Shown: positions 63,919 through 64,000 of the stretch, piece after piece
Position numbering within the stretch: position 1 is the stretch's first letter
Layout: each line of letters opens with the position of its first letter
From: Clostridium sp. CAG:967
GTDB taxonomy: Bacteria; Cyanobacteriota; Vampirovibrionia; Gastranaerophilales; Gastranaerophilaceae
Direction: 5' to 3'
DNA length: 64,000 nucleotides
NCBI GenBank assembly: GCA_000433095.1
Contig: HF991463.1
Location: 17,022 to 81,021 of the forward strand
The notes under the pieces: model-generated
Seen by the model: only the letters and a program-made list of their open reading frames with translations
Told to the model about the DNA's origin: nothing
Databases searched by the model: none
Program-made: the position numbers and the translations under genes

Positions 63919-64000
63919 TTCTTAATTATATGTTATCTTTAGGGTTTGTTCTTGACATTAACAAATTAATATTGTAGTATAACTATATAGTTATATGTAT

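Noticed and set aside
1-64000. CRISPR arrays, IS elements, rRNA genes
   Set aside because: No regularly spaced direct repeats of 25-40 nt with unique spacers were seen. No ORF has transposase (DDE), integrase or Cas-like motifs, and there are no rRNA-like conserved stretches. The only tandem repeats are the 33-nt coding repeat at 57414 and the short duplications described above.

Overview
This is an AT-rich bacterial chromosomal segment (roughly 30% GC by eye, not computed) carrying about 60 genes, and it mixes conserved housekeeping loci with clear accessory regions. Housekeeping genes include a CorC/HlyC-type transporter, the flagellar rod block flgF-flgG-flgB-flgC, uvrA, the convergent tsf-rpsB pair, rimP-nusA, tuf, clpP, murI, an AmiC-type amidase, nadB-nadC, queC, surE, a SulP permease and a NarL-type response regulator. 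Two tRNAs are present, Leu-GAG at 6241-6321 and Arg-ACG at 33814-33887. The most striking accessory region is a tightly coupled glycan assembly and decoration operon of about 15.7 kb and 11-12 genes (35254-50957). It encodes an NDP-activation module (nucleotidyltransferase/kinase fusion plus a HAD phosphatase), three GT2 transferases (one fused to a pyruvyltransferase), a radical-SAM/GT9-like fusion, a CE4 deacetylase, a TylF-type O-methyltransferase, an ABC exporter with an N-terminal kinase-like domain, and an OatA-type acyltransferase that is frameshifted at a G13 tract. Six of these mechanistically unrelated proteins share a ~30-aa peptide module (FSVKN, a linker, then K-phi-phi-T-phi-LG-phi-K-phi-K-F; about seven copies) at termini or at fusion junctions. 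I cannot assign this module to any named domain from memory and regard it as the best candidate for something undescribed. Three homopolymeric G tracts of 10 or more (23721, 29512, 50427) sit in or next to surface-structure genes, namely a pilin-like gene, a repeat protein and the O-acyltransferase. In such an AT-rich background this pattern is the hallmark of contingency (phase-variable) loci. Other notable items are a B12-binding radical SAM two-gene operon lying between nusA and tuf, flanked by two cobO-type adenosyltransferase paralogs. There is also a HExxH protein next to tRNA-Arg, and a GC-rich motif shared by the leaders of rpsB and rimP. No transposases, CRISPR arrays or rRNA genes were seen. 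Flagella, low GC, HEAT (PBS-lyase-like) repeats, a DUF3326-like protein and a cyanobacterial-type EF-Tu suggest a non-photosynthetic cyanobacteria-related (Melainabacteria-like) gut lineage. That placement is inference only.
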